From contig MU058636.1 in assembly GCA_013265495.1 (NCBI GenBank), positions 4,995,741 through 5,059,740 of the forward strand: a stretch of 64,000 nt of DNA, given 5' to 3'. The DNA is from Vicugna vicugna. Lineage: Eukaryota. Numbering within the stretch: the first letter of the stretch is position 1; each line of letters begins with the position of its first letter. Both the position numbers and the translations under genes were made by a program. Shown in pieces: positions 53,389 to 64,000 of this stretch. A model generated the notes under the pieces. It was not told the origin of the DNA, did no database searches, and saw only the letters and a list, made by a program, of their open reading frames with translations.

Positions 53389-53866
53389 GTAAAGAGAAAA
53401 AAAATTTTTGTTTCATTTTATACTTAATGAACAAATATGAATGATTTTATAGGGTGTTCATATTTGGAGATGCATCACTTTATAATATATTTTTAGAATT
53501 TGAATCAGTATAACCAGTATTGATGAGTGGTTAAAATCTGAAAATACCTGATTATTAAGATGTTTAATGCTAACTCAAATTCAGAAATCAAGTGATTATG
53601 TAATATTTTTGACATTACCTTATATATTTATCATTAGAAAACTATTTTTCATTAATTATTTACATATAAAATCAGAGTTACAGATAGTAGGTAATAGATG
53701 TTATTCTGTCAGTTTATAGGTTTGAAAATTAAATTTCTGTTTATGAGATACTACTGAAGTGTGAGGTTTTGTAAATCAATACTAATTTTAATATAAGGTA
53801 GATAAGTCTGCATTTTAATGATTACCTAATTTTATGTCAGATTAAAACATGGCTTTTCCCTTGCAG

Positions 53867-53997
53867 AACATTTGATCCAGACCAAAAAGTCCTTGTAATT
53901 TGGTCCTGTCTAAGACATCCATGAGCATATGTGGTCCATACCGAATGGTTTTGGACAAGACCAAATATCAAGGAGCTTTTGGTGTGCATCAGATGTT
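53867..53997. repeat. Long imperfect inverted repeat (arms 53867-53918 and 53945-53997)
   Basis: 40/50 ungapped Watson-Crick pairs plus 3 G-U between the arms. Confidence 0.9.
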
Positions 53998-55494
53998 TTA
54001 TGGATATATTGGACAGAACCAAATATCTGCTGACCTTCTTTTCGATATGTATTTCATATTCTTCTATACTTTGAATTACCATTACCCTTTCTAAGCAGTT
54101 GCAATTTCATTATAATCTATTATAATCAGGGGCTGTCTTTAGCATTCTTACTGCAAATGGAGGCTAAGCAGAAAATCTATAAAATTGTAACTTAGAATTT
54201 TAGTTTAGGAGCCTTGAATGAAGCCAAGACAGTTTAGAAATTATGCTGAAGCTGTCCACCATAAATATTTAGACTTGTTATCTCTATTTTAGAAACATTT
54301 ATGCTAATTTTGTCACGTTTTCATGTATTAAAGACTTGAAAGAGGCAAAAAATTAGTCTTCTTTATTAAACAGCACCTTGGTGGTAGATAGCAAATAATA
54401 ATTTATTTTATATTTTGTGTGTTTTGAGATTAGAGGTATTTTCTGTAGCTTTTTTTAAATATAAAAGAATAACTTAAAAGAATTCATGTTGATTTCTAGA
54501 AAGCTTTTTTGTTTCTCTTGAATAGTTTCCTTTTTGTTCCTTCCAGTGTTGATGACGAGGAGGATAATGCCAATAATAACTTTAACTTTTAGGGTACTTT
54601 TATTTTCATTTTGGTATCTGTTATTTCATCTTTACAAGAATCTAATCTGTAATCCTTCTACTGTAATATACAAGTTTGAAGGCTTTCTGAGAAAAGGTTT
54701 CATAGAGATAGCTGGCCTTTATGAGATTACTGTTAATTCAGGGTCTGGCCGTTAATTTTGCTTTTTCAGAAGTGACTTTATTAGCTTACTGTGGAAAATT
54801 GTCATACATTATAATAAATGAATTGAAAAAAGTACACTATCAGATTTTTGTTTATAATACGAACAACAAGCTGTTATTTAGGTGTGCAGTGGAGGTTTTG
54901 AGGGAAATCATCAAGAAGAGCAAGAAGTAAACTCATTTAAATATACTTATGACTAAACAAAACCTCTCATATTGCCCCAGTATGTTGGGAGAGAATAGTT
55001 TTGTGTTGTTTTTCAAGCTTAAAATTCTTGGTGTTCAATGTGGAAGGATAGAGCATCAATTTTTCATTAAAATGTTCATTAAAATTTTTAATAGATAATA
55101 TGTTCACTTGCTTCAAAATGGAAAGTTAACAAAACAAATATTCAATAGTAAATAGTAAAATGGTAAAAAGTTTTCTCCTTCACCTCATTTCTGTATCCCC
55201 AGCTAGCAAGTTTCTTTTCTCAGAGGCAACCAATGTTACCAGTTTGTAACGTACTTTTATGGAGACATTTTATTCATATACAAGTAATAAAAACACATAC
55301 ACATACATTTTGTCCCCTTTCTCCCTCCCCTTATGCCAATAGTGGCATACTATAGTCAGTGTTCTGATTTTCCTATTTTAAATATTTAACGATATATTTT
55401 AGATATCAATTTATATGAGTATATGAGGAACCTCATTCTTTTGTCATGGCAAAGTGAGTATTTATAGTTGGGTTTCCTGTCACAGTAATAAAAA

Positions 55495-55907
55495 TAATTT
55501 TATTAGTTATGATACTTAATATTTGATGCTGTAAAAATCCACAAAAATGCATGTGACTATACACAATAAAAGCTTATTTCTTACTCCTGAGAAAAGTTCA
55601 GCTGGGTGTTTGGATTGCATTCTAACTAGTGGCTTCAGCGTACAGACCCTTCTTGACTGGTGGCTTCTCTTTGAGTCCCACTGGATCCTTGGTATTAAAC
55701 TAGCCAGTGAGTGAAGAGAGGATGTGGAGAAGATAAACTGCTCATATCTATCTGCCTCAGTGCAGGCATGGCATATATACCTCACTTCCATTTTCATTTT
55801 GTTAACCAGAACTTACATATCCTCAACTGACTACAAGTGTAGGCATCCTTATTATGTCCAGGAAGTAGAACAGAAGTGGATATTGGTGAGCCCTAGCAGC
55901 CTCTAAC
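55495..55907. mobile_element. MLT1-like MaLR solo LTR
   Basis: tattagttatga...aaagcttatttctt...tgtccaggaag...gatattggtgagccctagcagcctctaaca. Confidence 0.6.
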
Positions 55908-56184
55908 ATATTTATATATGTAGTCATAAAATATATGATACATAATATGGTTCTTCATGCCGAAATATTTCTTTACCTACTTCTAAAATATGGCAAAATT
56001 GAAAACATTTAAACATGATGCCTTCTAGACAGAAATAAGCTGTAAAAGTTTAAATGTAAGCTTGAGCTACTACTTGTACCATATATTGGAAATTTTGTAG
56101 TTTTTTCCATTTGAAGATGAAATATGTGAGCAGTTTATTTGCATGTTTATGGAGTTGAATATATTTTCCTTTTCTTATTTTCAG

Positions 56185-56343
56185 CCTCTGCATAAGAGCC
56201 TAGATCCAAGCAACCTGGAACATCTCATAACACCGCTGGTCACTATCGGTCACATTGCTCTCCTCGCACCAGATCAGTTTGCTGCTCCTTTGAAGTCTTT
56301 GGTAGCTACTTTCATTGTGAAAGATCTCCTCATGAATGATCGG
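56185..56343 (+). CDS. PDS5B: PDS5B exon 21 (159 nt), [10 protein letters not shown]...DLLMNDR
   Basis: ttttcag|CCT acceptor, CGG|gtaatg donor. Confidence 0.97.
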
Positions 56344-56358
56344 GTAATGTATTTATTT

Positions 56359-56501
56359 TAATTAATTAATTAATTAATTAATGGAGGGGGGAGGTAGTTA
56401 GATTTATTTATTATCTTTTTGTTTGTTTTTAAATGAAGGTACTGGGGATTGAATCCAGGTACTAAGTGTGCACTCTACCACTTGAGCTATACCCTCCCCC
56501 C
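56359..56501 (-). mobile_element. vic-1-like SINE with (TAAT)n tail, immediately after the exon 21 donor
   Basis: gtactggggattgaatccagg...ctctaccacttgagctataccctccccc. Confidence 0.88.
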
Positions 56502-57218
56502 TGTATATTTTTCAGATGTGTGTTCTGCATAATGCTTTCTTCTAAAATTTTATGCAGCAAAGAGTTAAGTGAAGTGATATAAATAATACTTCAATTTGGC
56601 TGACTTATTTTAGATTTTCCTGTCTTTGTAACATACTGTATCTCCATTATAAGTAAAACAACAGTGAAACATCTCTTTGGTTAAGTGTAGGCCTATGACC
56701 TGAAATATATTCCTTGGTAAATACAGAATATCACCCAGTTCTGTCCATTTCAACTTTATATGGGTTTGATTTTTGTAATGATGTCTATTTTTAAAAATGT
56801 GAAGACTAACAAGCTAGTTCACACTATGGGTGTCATGACAGTTGTTCCATTCCCTACATACGATAGAGAATTAAAAGAGGCCTGGGAGAAAACATTGGGA
56901 AAGAAATAATTATTTTCTCTCTCCAATTTATGAGTGTTAGGGGCAAGGTGTGTTTGGGTCTGGAAGAATCAGCCTCTTACAGTCATGTGGAATTCTCTGC
57001 ATGTATCTGTGTATATTTAGATATACACACATATGCAGACACATACATAACCATCAATTTTGTATCTGCTGTGTGCTCAGCACTGTACAAGATTTATTAA
57101 AACTAAAAAATATGAAATTAAGTTTCTTCTCTTAAAATGCAGTTTTTGAAGTGTGTAGGTATGTTAACACATGTTTCATATCCATGATTATTCTTCCATC
57201 CTATTAATACATTTTAAT

Positions 57219-57312
57219 TTTTTGTTAAACAGAGGTGCTGGGGATTGAACTCAGGACCTTGTGCATGCTAAGCACATACTCTACCACTGAGTTATTACCC
57301 ACTCCCATCCCG
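57219..57312 (-). mobile_element. vic-1-like SINE
   Basis: ggggattgaactcaggaccttgtgcatgctaagcacatactctaccactgag; TSD cattttaat at 57210-57218 and 57313-57321. Confidence 0.88.
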
Positions 57313-57399
57313 CATTTTAATGCTTTTAAAACTTTAAAAAATAATTGCTATGGAAAAATAGTTTGTAGAGATAATAGTTAAGACAGCTGTACATTTTTA

Positions 57400-58897
57400 G
57401 GTCTTTCTTCTCCTTGTCTTCTCACAGGTCTCTTAAACTAACCTCATTTTTAAAAATTCTTTTTTCTTTTTAGTGTTCAGTGATTTCCATTACTCTGTCT
57501 TAAAGTTGTCGGTCATTCTCTATCATCTAGTCTACTGTTGATTTCTTCTAGTGTGTATTTTTTGTTATTGTATTCTTTAGTTCTGTTTGGGTCTTTTTTT
57601 TTTAATTGAGGTATAGTTGATATACAATGTTGTCTTAATTTCCGGTGTACAACATAGTGATTCAGATATGTACATACACACATATATATTTTTTTCCCCT
57701 TCCTTGGGTCTACTTTATATTTTCTAACTCTTTGTTAAATTTCTCACTGTATTCATCCTTTCTTCTCTCAGATTTATTGAGCATCTTTGTACTTTCAACT
57801 CTTAATCAGGCAGATTGCTTGCTTACACTTTGCTTAGTTCTTCTGGGGTTTTGTCTTGTTTATTCATTTGGAACATATTCCTCTCTCACCTCATTTTGCC
57901 TCATTCTCTGTTTTATTTCTATGTATTCGGTAGGTCGGTTACATTTCCTGATCTTGGAGAAGTGGCCTTATGTGGGAGACATCTTATGGGGCCCAGCAGC
58001 ACACACCCCTCTGGTCACCAGAGCTATGTACTGTAAGGGTGCCCCCATGTGGCTCTGTGGGCCCTTCTGTTATGGTGAGGCTGGCCACTGTGGACATGCT
58101 GGTAGGCAGAGCTGGCCCTTGGTGCAGTTGGCTGCAAGGCCCTGCCTCGTGTCACTGTTGAGTAGGCTCGGTCCCTGCAGAGCTGGCTGAACAGCCTGGG
58201 CATCCCATGGCTGGTGCCAACCTGTTAGTGTATGGGTAAGCCCCTGGCACTCACAGGCTAGAGGGAGGACTCCAAAATGGTGCTTGCCAGCACCAGTGTC
58301 TGCGTGGTAGAATAAACCCCCCTAAATGGCTGCTGCCATTTTCTGTGTCCCCAGGGAAAGTCCTAGTTGACTTCTGTCTCTCCAGGACGCTTTCCAAGAT
58401 CAGCAAGTATGTCTGACTCAGATATTTTCAAATTACTGCCTCTATATTGAGACTCAGAGTATGTGAGATTTTGTGTGTAGTCTTTTTTTTTTTTCTTTTA
58501 AAGTGGAGTTTCTGTTTCCTACAGCCCTCCAGCCCTCCTGTACACAAACCCCACTGGCCTTCACAGCCAGATGTTTTGGGGGTTCATCTTTTGAGTGCAG
58601 AGCTACTTGGGTTGAGGAGCCCTATGTGGGGCCTGGACACCTTGCTTCTGAGGGGGGGAACCTCTGCAATTGTGATTATCCTCTGTTTATGGGTCAACTA
58701 CCGAGGGGTGTGGGTCTAGACTATACTGGATCCCCACCCCTCTTGTTGTGGTTCCTTCTTTATATCTTAACATGTGGGAAATCTTTTCTGCTTGTTTCAG
58801 GTTGTTGTCATAGATAGTTGTTCTCTAAATAGTTGTAATTTTGGTGTGCTGGTGGGTGGAAGTGAGTTCAGGGTCTTTTTACTCCACCATCTTGGCC
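57400..58897 (-). mobile_element. L1 5' portion (5' UTR plus start of ORF1), antisense to PDS5B
   Basis: Minus strand begins GGCCAAGATGGTGGAGT (YY1-type L1 5' end); GC-rich UTR; ORF1-like antisense sequence at 57400-57960. Confidence 0.7.
57595..57703 (-). mobile_element. Short L1 3' tail nested in the L1 5' portion
   Basis: ttttaattgaggtatagttgatatacaat...ggtgtacaacatagtgattca; TSD ttgggtct at 57587-57594 and 57704-57711. Confidence 0.75.
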
Positions 58898-58900
58898 ACC

Positions 58901-60478
58901 TTCTTGTTAATGTTGACGTTTTGACTTCTTCCCATGAATCATGAGTGTTCTTAATGACATCTAGAATGATGAATTCTTTCCAGAAGGTTTTTAATTTAGT
59001 TTGCCGAGATCCATCGGAAGAATCACTGTCTGTGGCAGCTTTAGCCTTACAAAATGTATTTCTTTACTTGAAAGTCAGAGTTACTCCTTTATCTATGGCT
59101 GCAGAATGGATGTTGTGTTAGCACACATGAAAACGTTAATCTCATTGTACATCTCCATCAGAGTTCTTGGGTTACCAGGTGCATTGTCAAAGAGCAGTGA
59201 TAATTCTATAGCAATATTCTTTTCTGAGAAGGAGTTCTCAACAGTATGCTTAAAATACTCAGTAAACTGTGTTGTAAACAGTTGTGCTGTCATCCAGGCT
59301 TTGTTGTTCCATTTGTAGAGCACAGGCAGAGTAGATTTAGCATAATTCTCAGGGGCCCTCAGACCTTCAGAATGGTAAATGAGCATTGGGTTCAGTTAAA
59401 AGTCACCAGCTGCATTAGCCCCTAACAAGAGAGTCAGCCTGTCCTTTGAAGCTTGATGCCAAGCATTGACCTTCTCTCTGGCTATGGAAGTCCTAGATGG
59501 CATTGCCTTCCATTATCGGGTTGTTTCATCTATGTTGAAAAATCTGTTGTTTAGCATACCCACCTTAATTAATTATCTTAGCTAGATCTTCTGGATAACT
59601 TGTTGCAGCTTCTACATCAGCACGTGTTGCTTCACCTTGCATTTTTGTTATGGAGACAACTCCTTTCCTTAAACATCATGAACCAACCTCTGCTAGCCTC
59701 AACAGTTTTCTTCTGTAGCTTCCTCACCTCTCTCAGCCTTCACAGTATAGAAGAGAGTTAGGGCCTTGCTCTGGGTTAAGCTTCGGCTGAAGGAAATGTT
59801 GTGGCTGGTTTGATCTTCTGTCTAGGCTGCTAAAACTTCCTCCATGTCAGCAATAAGGGTGTTTTGCTTTCTTATCATTCATGTGTTCACTGGAGTAGCA
59901 CTTGTAATTTCTTTTAGGAACTTTTCCTCTGCATTCGCAACTTGGTTTCTTGCAACAAGAGGTCTAACTTTCAGCTGCTTTCAGCTTTTGGCATACGTTT
60001 GCCACTAAACTTAATAATTTCTAGCTTTTGATTTAAAGTAAGAGACGTGCAATGCTTCCTTTCTTTTGAACACCTAGGGGCCATTGTATTATTAATTGGC
60101 TGCATTTCAATATTGCTCTGTCTTAGGAAATAGGGAGGCCTGAGGAGAGGGAGAAAGACGGGGAATAGGTAGTCCTTAGAGCCGTCAGAACACACACAAC
60201 TTTTATTGTTAAGTATACAGGTGTGGTTCGTGATGCCTGAAAATAATTACAATCGTATCATCAAAGATTGCTGATCACAGATCACTGTAACAAACATAAC
60301 AATAGTGAAAAGATTTGAAATATTGCGAGAACTATGAAAATGTGACACACAGACAGGAAATGAGCAAATGCTGTTGGGAAAATGGTGCTGATAGACTTTC
60401 TAGATGCAGAGCTGCCACAAACCTTCAATTTGTAAAAAATGCAATATCTGTGAAGCCTAATGAAACAAGTTTTGCCTG
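58901..60478 (-). mobile_element. Tigger1 (TcMar-Tigger) 5' ~1.6 kb with a disabled transposase
   Basis: TIR CAGGCA... at 60478; remnants MAPRCSKERK..SLTLNQKLEIIK and YAKSTLPVLYKWNNKAWMT..DNAPG..NTTSILQP; frameshifts and stops. Confidence 0.95.
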
Positions 60479-60519
60479 TGTACAAAAGTGTGCCAGACAG
60501 GTAGGTCACAGCAAAAAGA

Positions 60520-62350
60520 TACTGTATGTTTAGAGCGTGTAATTAGAATTGCAGTAAGAAAGGAAAGAGAATATAAAACGGAAATAGTATTTGAAGTGAT
60601 AATGCCTGAAAATTATCCAGAATTTATGGAAAACATCAAAGCTATAAATTCAGGAAAAGCTCTCAGCCCAAAGTAGGATAAATACAACCAAACGAATACC
60701 CAGATATATCCTAGTGAAACCAGAAACCAATCAAAGTAAAAAAGATTAAAAGTTTGCACAGCAAATAGACAGAAAATCTTCAAAGGGACGAGGCTGTCAC
60801 CTGACTTTGAAGGGAAAAGAAAATAGAAGATAATGGAATAATATCTTCAAATTATTGAGCAGAAGAAATGTACCAGCCTTAGAATTCTAAACTGGAGAAA
60901 ATATCCTTTAAGAAGGGAAGGCAAAAATAAAGATATTTTCAGACAAACAAAAACAGAGAATTCATTAGGAGTTATCCCAACTAAAAGAATTTCTACTTTA
61001 ATTCTTTGGGTAAAAAGCAAATCATCACATAGATAAAAAAATGAAAAGTGAGAGAAAGAGAAAAATATATTGCTAAATCTAAGTAAATATTAATTGTATA
61101 AGATAAAAACAGGAGTGATCTTGTGTGAACAAGAACACAAGTATCACAGTATAAAGGGAATTAAAGTATTTTAAGTTTCTTTGGAATACTGAATCTGCTA
61201 TTCTGAAAGTTTTAAGACATAATAGCTGGCCTTCAGTATTGGCCTTCAGTAAGTTAAAGTCACTGCTCTGTAGGACAACTACCAAAAGAATAGGGAAGTG
61301 TAAAACAAACAAGCCAGTAAAGGGGAAAATGGAATAAAAATAATGTAATCAAAAATAAGGCAAGAAAGAAGAGGAGCATGAACACAGAACTGATAGAACA
61401 AGCTGAAATTAAACATCGAATGGCAGATTAACCCAAATCACTATTTACATTACATGTAGACTTTTCTAAGTAAAAGACAGATTTGTCAGAAAGTATGTCA
61501 GAACTGTGTTGTGTACACTTCTGTGTATGACATTTAGATGAAATTTTCAAGTCTTCTATTAGCTGTTAGTCTATCTTTTCCCCCTGAGATTGGAAATGTG
61601 ATAAAAATGTCCACTATTATTACCACTTGTATCATCTTGAAGAAACATTACATAAGGAAGAAAAATAAATAAAAGGCATTAAGAATGGGGAAAAAAAGCT
61701 GTAATTATGAACAAATGATATAATAGTGAAAGGAGAGAACTGCAAAGAATGTGAAAGTTAATAGAATTAAAAACTGTCTTTAACAAGATCCCAGGATTCA
61801 AAATCAATATAAAAAAGAAATAACTTTATATTTACATGCCAACAGTAAGAAATTAGAAATTAGTAACCATTAAAAATTAAATTTACAGTAGCTTCGAAAA
61901 CCATGAAATGCCTAAGAGCATACTTAAGAAAGATAAGCAAGAACTCTACATAAGTATTTAAGAAACATTACTCAGAAAAATTTAAGACTACTTAAGATGT
62001 ATACTGTCTTAATGAAATGGGAAGCTCAGGATTATAATACCATGGAATGGGAAGGTGATAATATAATAATGAAAATTATGTCCAAACTTATAATTCAACA
62101 CAATCTCTATCAAAATTCCAGTGAGGTGTGTTGAGGTAGAGTGGTATAGGGAGAAAGATACAAACTGATTGTAAAATTTCAGTAGAAATGTAAAGGCTAA
62201 GAACAGCCAAAACCACCTTGAAGAAGAAGATGATGATGATGATGTAGTCATAGTAGGACTAGGAGTAGCAGCAGCAGAAGTCATGGTTCACAACATGCGG
62301 AGGACTTAACCTACTAGATATCATACCTTCTTCCAATAATTAAGAAAGTA
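60520..62350 (+). mobile_element. Old L1 ORF1/ORF2 fragments
   Basis: IVFEVIMPENYPEFMENIK ORF1-like remnant; ataatggaataatatcttcaaa; attcaacacaatctctatcaaaattcca. Confidence 0.7.
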
Positions 62351-62404
62351 TGAAACATAATAGAGTAGATTATGTACATATGATTTAGAACAAAAGTAAC
62401 AGTT

Positions 62405-63712
62405 AAAAGCCATGGAGAATCTTTATAATCTTGGATTTGGCAATTATTCATAGATATGAAATCCAAAGTACAAGCAACAAAGTAAAAAACTAGATAAATT
62501 GCGCTTCATCAAAGTTTAAAACTTTTGTGTATCAAAGGACAATATCAACAAAATGAAAAGGAAACCTACTGAGTGGGAGAAAATATTTGAAAATCATGTA
62601 TCTGATAAGGGATTTAATATCTCAGTTATATAAAGAACACATACAATTCAATAGCAAAAATAATTTTTGTGACTAGAAAAGAGGGATAGGACCTCAAGAG
62701 ACATTTTTTTCTAGAGAAGATGAACAAGTGTCCAACAATTATATGAAAAGTGCTCAACATCACTAATCAACAGGAAAATGCAAGTCAAAACCGCAGTGGG
62801 ATAGCACCTCACTCCTATTACAGTGGCTAGTATAAATAAGACAAATAACAAGTGTTACTGAGGATGTGGAGAAAAGGAACCCCTCTGCACTGTTGGTGGG
62901 AATGTAAATTGATGCAGCCACCATAAAAAAATAGTATGGAGGATCCTCCAAAAATTAAAAATAGGAAAAAAAATTATAAATAAAAATATGTGAACCAGTA
63001 ATTCCACATCTGGGTATTTATCCAAAGCAAATGTAAACACTAACTCAAAAAGATACCTGCATCCTCGTGTTCATTGCAGCATTATTTATAATAATCAAGA
63101 CATGGAAGCAATCTAAGTGTCCATCAGTGGATGAATGGATAAAGAAAAAGTGGTGTATATATACAGTATGTATATTTTATACATAAAAAAAGATGAAAAT
63201 GTTGTCACTTATAACAACATGGATGGACTTTGAGGATATTATGCTAAGTGAAATAAGTCAAGCAGAGAAAGATAAATACCATGTGATGTCTCTCCTGTGT
63301 GGAATCTAAAAAACACCAAATAACAATAACAAGGAAAAAACCGTGAACTTACAGATACAGAGAACAGATTGGTAGTTACCAGAGGTGGGGGATGGAGGGT
63401 GGGTGAAATGGGTAAAGGGAGTCTAAAGATACAGACTTCCAGTTATAAAATGAGTAAGTCAAAGAATTTAAGTTTAGCATCATGAGTGTAGTGATTAAAC
63501 TATAGTGTGTATTTGAAAGTTGTTGAGATAATAGATCGTACAAGTTGTCATCACAGGAGAAAAAATTGTAACTGTGTGGTGATGGGTAATAACTAGATAC
63601 ATTGTGCTGATCATTTCACTATTTATATATGTACATGCACACACTCATATATAAATATCAAATCTTCATTGTACACCTGAAACTAATGTTATATGCCAGT
63701 TATCTCTCCTTT
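62405..63712 (+). mobile_element. L1 (L1MA/MB-like) ORF2 3' end and 3' UTR
   Basis: gaggatgtggagaaaaggaacccctctgcactgttggtgggaatgtaaatt; atgctaagtgaaataagtca; tgtacacctgaaactaat. Confidence 0.9.
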
Positions 63713-63724
63713 TTAAAAAAAATT

Positions 63725-63890
63725 ATCAATTAAAAAAAGTGTTGAAAAGTCAACCTACAGAATGGGAGAAAATATTTGCAAATCATGTACCTGATAAGAG
63801 ACTTATATCTAGACTATATAAAGAACAATTACAACTTAACAAAAAGACAACCCAATTTTTAAAAATGGGCAAAGGACCTGAGCAGTCATT
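63725..63890 (+). mobile_element. L1 ORF2 fragment, abruptly truncated
   Basis: QPTEWEKIFANHVPDKRLISRLYKE. Confidence 0.85.
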
Positions 63891-63929
63891 ACTATTAATA
63901 TTACTATCGTACTTTTTTTAGTTTTATAT

Positions 63930-64000
63930 TTTTGTATTAAGTTATGTTCATTATTTTTTTAGACGTGATGCTATTGCACACATAATAGACTACACTATAG
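63930..64000 (+). mobile_element. Tigger1 3' subterminal fragment (runs off the window)
   Basis: ttttttagacgtgatgctattgcacacataatagactacactatag matches the recalled Tigger1 3' end TTTTTTAGACATAATGCTATTGCACACTTAATAGACTACAGTATAG. Confidence 0.8.

Larger units (their letters stand above)
2010..56343 (+). other. PDS5B: PDS5B (sister chromatid cohesion protein PDS5 homolog B), partial gene: 19 internal coding exons (3-21, human numbering)
   Basis: Exons splice into a continuous 2298-nt frame, [20 protein letters not shown]...[10 protein letters not shown], with consistent intron phases. The sequence matches PDS5B as recalled rather than PDS5A. Confidence 0.98.

Noticed and set aside
57645..58817. 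Longest ORFs in the track (181, 114 and 90 aa)
   Set aside because: They lie antisense in L1 5' UTR/ORF1 sequence, show no recognisable protein and have no exon context.
59093..60195. Domesticated Tigger transposase gene (TIGD1-like)
   Set aside because: The frame is broken by frameshifts and stops (it ends at LQP-stop before the third catalytic Asp) and the element is truncated.
62218..62283. Low-complexity coding tract (GAA/GAT/GCA runs; 91-aa minus-strand ORF)
   Set aside because: A compound trinucleotide expansion inside an L1 remnant.
1..64000. A novel multi-gene system, nested gene or intronic snoRNA
   Set aside because: All credible coding signal belongs to PDS5B or transposon remnants; I recognised no processed pseudogene or snoRNA by eye (an Rfam/Infernal scan would be decisive).

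Overview
The window is AT-rich mammalian genomic DNA lying entirely inside the cohesin regulator gene PDS5B (APRIN), on the + strand. I traced 19 consecutive internal coding exons, from 2010 to 56343. They total 2298 nt (766 codons), splice into one open frame and match residues ~37-802 of the human protein as I recall it (exons 3-21, human numbering). The start codon and the 3' exons lie outside the window. Six copies of a tRNA-derived SINE resembling camelid vic-1, together with cetartiodactyl-type L1 tails, point to a camelid (camel/alpaca/vicuna) source. The introns hold L1, MIR, MaLR-LTR, MER-type MITE and Tigger1 remnants. I found no evidence of a new multi-gene system. The most interesting signals are: a ~130-bp imperfect palindrome in intron 20; Tigger1 5' and 3' pieces in opposite orientation, possibly marking an inversion; a near-consensus CTCF motif; a candidate cryptic exon in intron 15; a SINE inserted into the exon 21 donor region; a local 63-bp templated duplication; and a poly(T)-only insertion with a long target-site duplication (TSD). 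Repeat family names and exon numbering come from recalled sequences, and the boundaries of old repeats are approximate.
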